A stretch of DNA of 61,983 nucleotides, the filler included, from Globobulimina sp. (taxonomy: Eukaryota), in assembly GCA_003354225.1 (NCBI GenBank). It is 24 parts of 24 records of this genome, joined end to end, with 100 filler letters (N's around TTAATTAATTAA, not from the genome) between each part and the next. Parts side by side here need not be neighbours in the genome. Positions count along the whole stretch, not along the records: positions 59,499 to 61,983 come from PIVH01006401.1; 23 more parts are not named here. The stretch is one strand, 5' to 3'. The notes below the pieces were generated by a model. The model worked only from the letters and a program-made list of their open reading frames with translations. It was not told the origin of the DNA and did no database searches. The translations under genes were made by a program, and so were the position numbers. This document shows, piece after piece, positions 59,576 to 61,983 of this stretch (its first letter is position 1; each line of letters begins with the position of its first letter).

Positions 59576-61238
59576 ATGACTTACACACTTGCACAGCAAT
59601 GGCTTTGTCTTACAGTTGTCTGTGCTGCGTTAATTACATCAATTCTATTCCCGTTCCTATATCCACGCTATCAGTCTGAAATGCAATCTTTTTTGCAGAA
59701 CAATGATAATAAAATAGTACCGTTGCATATTAAACATGAAACATATCCTAAACCGGCCGTAATAAACCATATTCACCACAGACATGAAGAGAGAAAGCGG
59801 CATCAGTCTCAATGCAAACCGTTACCTCCAAATATACAAAAGATACAGTCTTCTTTTTCATTATCTCTATCAGATTCAAATAATGATATTATGTCCAAGC
59901 CTCATATACCTTCATTATTATTAATAGCACCGCCAAAGTGCGGTACAACCACATTCATGAATACATTGTCAAGATATCCAAACATTGTGCAATTTGCTGA
60001 AGAGCATCATTATTGGAATCAAAAATGTAATATTAGCAATGTTCGCAGCCAACGAGGACTCTGGGAAACATTTGTGTGGGGTGTGCTCTGTCTGCTCTTT
60101 TGTGTGGGGTGGGCTCTGTCTGCTTTTGTGTGTGTCGTCTAACCTAAACTCTAAAAATATTTTTTTTCGTGATTGATTGACTCGAACATATGTGTAATCA
60201 CTTTATGACGCTCAGAGCCCACCCCACACAAAAGAGCAGACAGAGCCTACCCCAGACAAGAGCAGACAGAGCACACCCCACACAAATAAAACTAAGCTAT
60301 CATTTGTATTGGAAAATATATTGCAGATTGTTAGTAAGGCTATAAATAATAAATCATGTTCAATCAAACAGTACCAATTGGAATGGGAGCAGGCATCGAA
60401 AGTATTGGATAATGCGTCATGTTGGAAACACAAACAATGTAAGTTTCCAATGATTTATATTAATGAAACGGATACTAATTGGTATAATTACTGCTATTTG
60501 ATTGAGAAAGCGCCGTTTTACTCAAACTTTGCATGGATTCCTATAATTTATGCAAACTTATTACCTAAAGTTAAATTGTTGACTATTGTGAGGAATCCAG
60601 TCACGCACATTTTAAGTGCAGCATATGCGTATAAACCGATTGTGGATCGGCAGAATTTAATTGTTTTGGATAATTTGAGTGCTCATTGTCAAGCAATAAA
60701 TAATGAATGGAATGCATTGAAACATAAACAGCCAACAGAACGATATTGGACAATGAAGCATTCCTTTTATAAACCATTTATTATTCAGTTTATGCGAGAA
60801 AAGTATGCGTTGTTGCATATGAATGACAGTTTGCTTTATAGTTGGTCGGCATTTGTATTTCCAACAATATTAATTGCAGTGTTTGCTTATGATGAAGTTG
60901 AACATATTAATTACAAAGTAATCCAATTTGAATGGATGTATTCCAATGATCAAAATATTGCAGAATTAATGAAATCAATTTATTGTTGGCTGATGAATGT
61001 AAATAATGAGCAGTGTAATAAGGCAATAAATAATGATCAAAATACCAAATTATTTGCAATGATTGGAAAATATAATCATGTCTCACCACCAACCAATGAT
61101 ACAAATTATTATAGTGACTATTATCAACATAAAATAAGCTCTTTGTTTGATTCATGCAACACAGCATTGTTAAATGTGTTGTATGATAAAAATTTAATGT
61201 TTGGTGACTGGATTTCTTGGAGCTACAGAAATACATAG
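59576..61238 (+). CDS. Golgi type II sulfotransferase (HS3ST/Sulfotransfer_1-like); predicted intron 60074-60296
   Basis: N-terminal TM; 5'-PSB LIAPPKCGTTT; EEHHYW; EKAPFY; 3'-PB KLLTIVRNPV..ILS. Confidence 0.85.
60070..60287. mobile_element. Foldback/MITE-like element with 30-bp perfect terminal inverted repeats and ~28-bp internal subrepeats
   Basis: 60070-60099 atttgtgtggggtgtgctctgtctgctctt is the exact reverse complement of 60258-60287; 2-3 tandem subunits per arm. Confidence 0.8.
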
Positions 61239-61296
61239 CCGCGATCTTTGACTCTTTTCATTTCTTTGCTTTCCAAATTGGCTGCGAGTTAAAAAC

Positions 61297-61983
61297 ATGG
61301 CACAGCATTTCAAATACAATAAAAAGCGATACAATTCATTTCGACAATATAATTCTCAGAGAAATTACAATCAAAACGATGATTATAAACGTAACTCTCA
61401 AGCAAAATGGATCAAAAAATCAGCCACAAATGAAATTAATAGCAAACAATATTATCGTCAGAAAGTATGGAGTTATATGGAGAACAATAATATCGCTCTA
61501 TTTCCGCGTCCGGTTTATCATAGAATACCAAATTTTATTGGTGCAGAAAAAGCAGCACTTCAACTATTAAAATTGGAATGTTTTATAAATGCCAAAATAG
61601 TGAAAGTAAATCCAGACAAACCACAAGAATATGTACGTTATTTATGTTTAAAAATGAACAAAAGATTATTAATTCCAACCCCTCGATTGAGTAATTATGC
61701 ATTGTTAAATGAAATTGTTATACCGTCAGATTTAAAAAACAATGCTAAAACATTGCAGATGGCAGCCACAAGAAAAGGGTTAACACAATTTGGACATTCA
61801 TTATCTTTGAATAATTTATTAAAATGGAACACAAATAATAACTTTAATAAGATTGACATTTGTATTGTAGGCTCGGTGGCCGTGGATAAAAAAAATGGAT
61901 ATCGTATTGGTAAAGGTGAAGGATATGCAGATATTGAGATAGCTATTCTGAATGAACTGGGATTAATTGATAAAAATACACAA
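61297..61983 (+). CDS. MTHFSD: Methenyltetrahydrofolate synthase domain-containing protein (5-FCL-like), 3'-truncated; missing from the ORF track
   Basis: RQKVWSYME...FPRPVYHRIPNFIGAEKAA...VKVNPDKPQ...PTPRL...IVGSVAVD..GYRIGKGEGYADIE. Confidence 0.9.
   Translation, partial: MAQHFKYNKKRYNSFRQYNSQRNYNQNDDYKRNSQAKWIKKSATNEINSKQYYRQKVWSYMENNNIALFPRPVYHRIPNFIGAEKAALQLLKLECFINAKIVKVNPDKPQEYVRYLCLKMNKRLLIPTPRLSNYALLNEIVIPSDLKNNAKTLQMAATRKGLTQFGHSLSLNNLLKWNTNNNFNKIDICIVGSVAVDKKNGYRIGKGEGYADIEIAILNELGLIDKNTQ

Noticed and set aside
60074-60142. Hydrophobic C-terminal TM (VWGVLCLLFCVGWALSAFVCVV) on the sulfotransferase ORF, and the antisense ORF 60212-60433
   Set aside because: Both are translations of the foldback repeat arms inside the predicted intron.
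1-61983. Genome-wide stop codon reassignment
   Set aside because: TAA, TAG and TGA all terminate apparently complete genes, and long ORFs are otherwise stop-free. Only two isolated internal stops were seen, and they are reported separately.

Overview
This window is not one locus. It is 24 unrelated contigs of about 2.49 kb, sorted by length and joined by artificial 100-nt spacers (N44-TTAATTAATTAA-N44). The DNA is AT-rich and eukaryotic, with many short GT-AG introns. The gene content and protein style suggest a rhizarian, possibly foraminiferan, genome (inference only). At least three inverted fragment junctions, two involving bacterial-looking pieces, suggest whole-genome-amplified (MDA) material. 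Recognisable genes include an LRR protein, an ABCG transporter, an RCC1-repeat protein, a DUF1445 protein, site-1 protease, a GT31 galactosyltransferase, a degenerate Hsp70, PepN, COX19, a myristoylated hemerythrin-like protein, a DUF229-like protein, a sorbosone dehydrogenase-like protein, a P450, a UBR E3 ligase, a C-type lectin, a RING-less NOT4-like protein, a PHD protein, a SAM protein, a class C GPCR fragment, PIKfyve, a sulfotransferase and MTHFSD. Mobile DNA includes an intron-containing Mutator-like transposase and one, probably two, DIRS/Ngaro-like retroelements. The most notable observations are: a foldback/TIR element that almost exactly forms a spliceable intron (introner-like); a candidate 19-nt intron; single in-frame stops in otherwise intact genes; a short helical motif recurring in unrelated proteins; a contig with a 117-bp terminal direct repeat; and an orphan ORF surrounded by structured repeat modules. 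All family assignments come from motif recognition by eye, not database searches.
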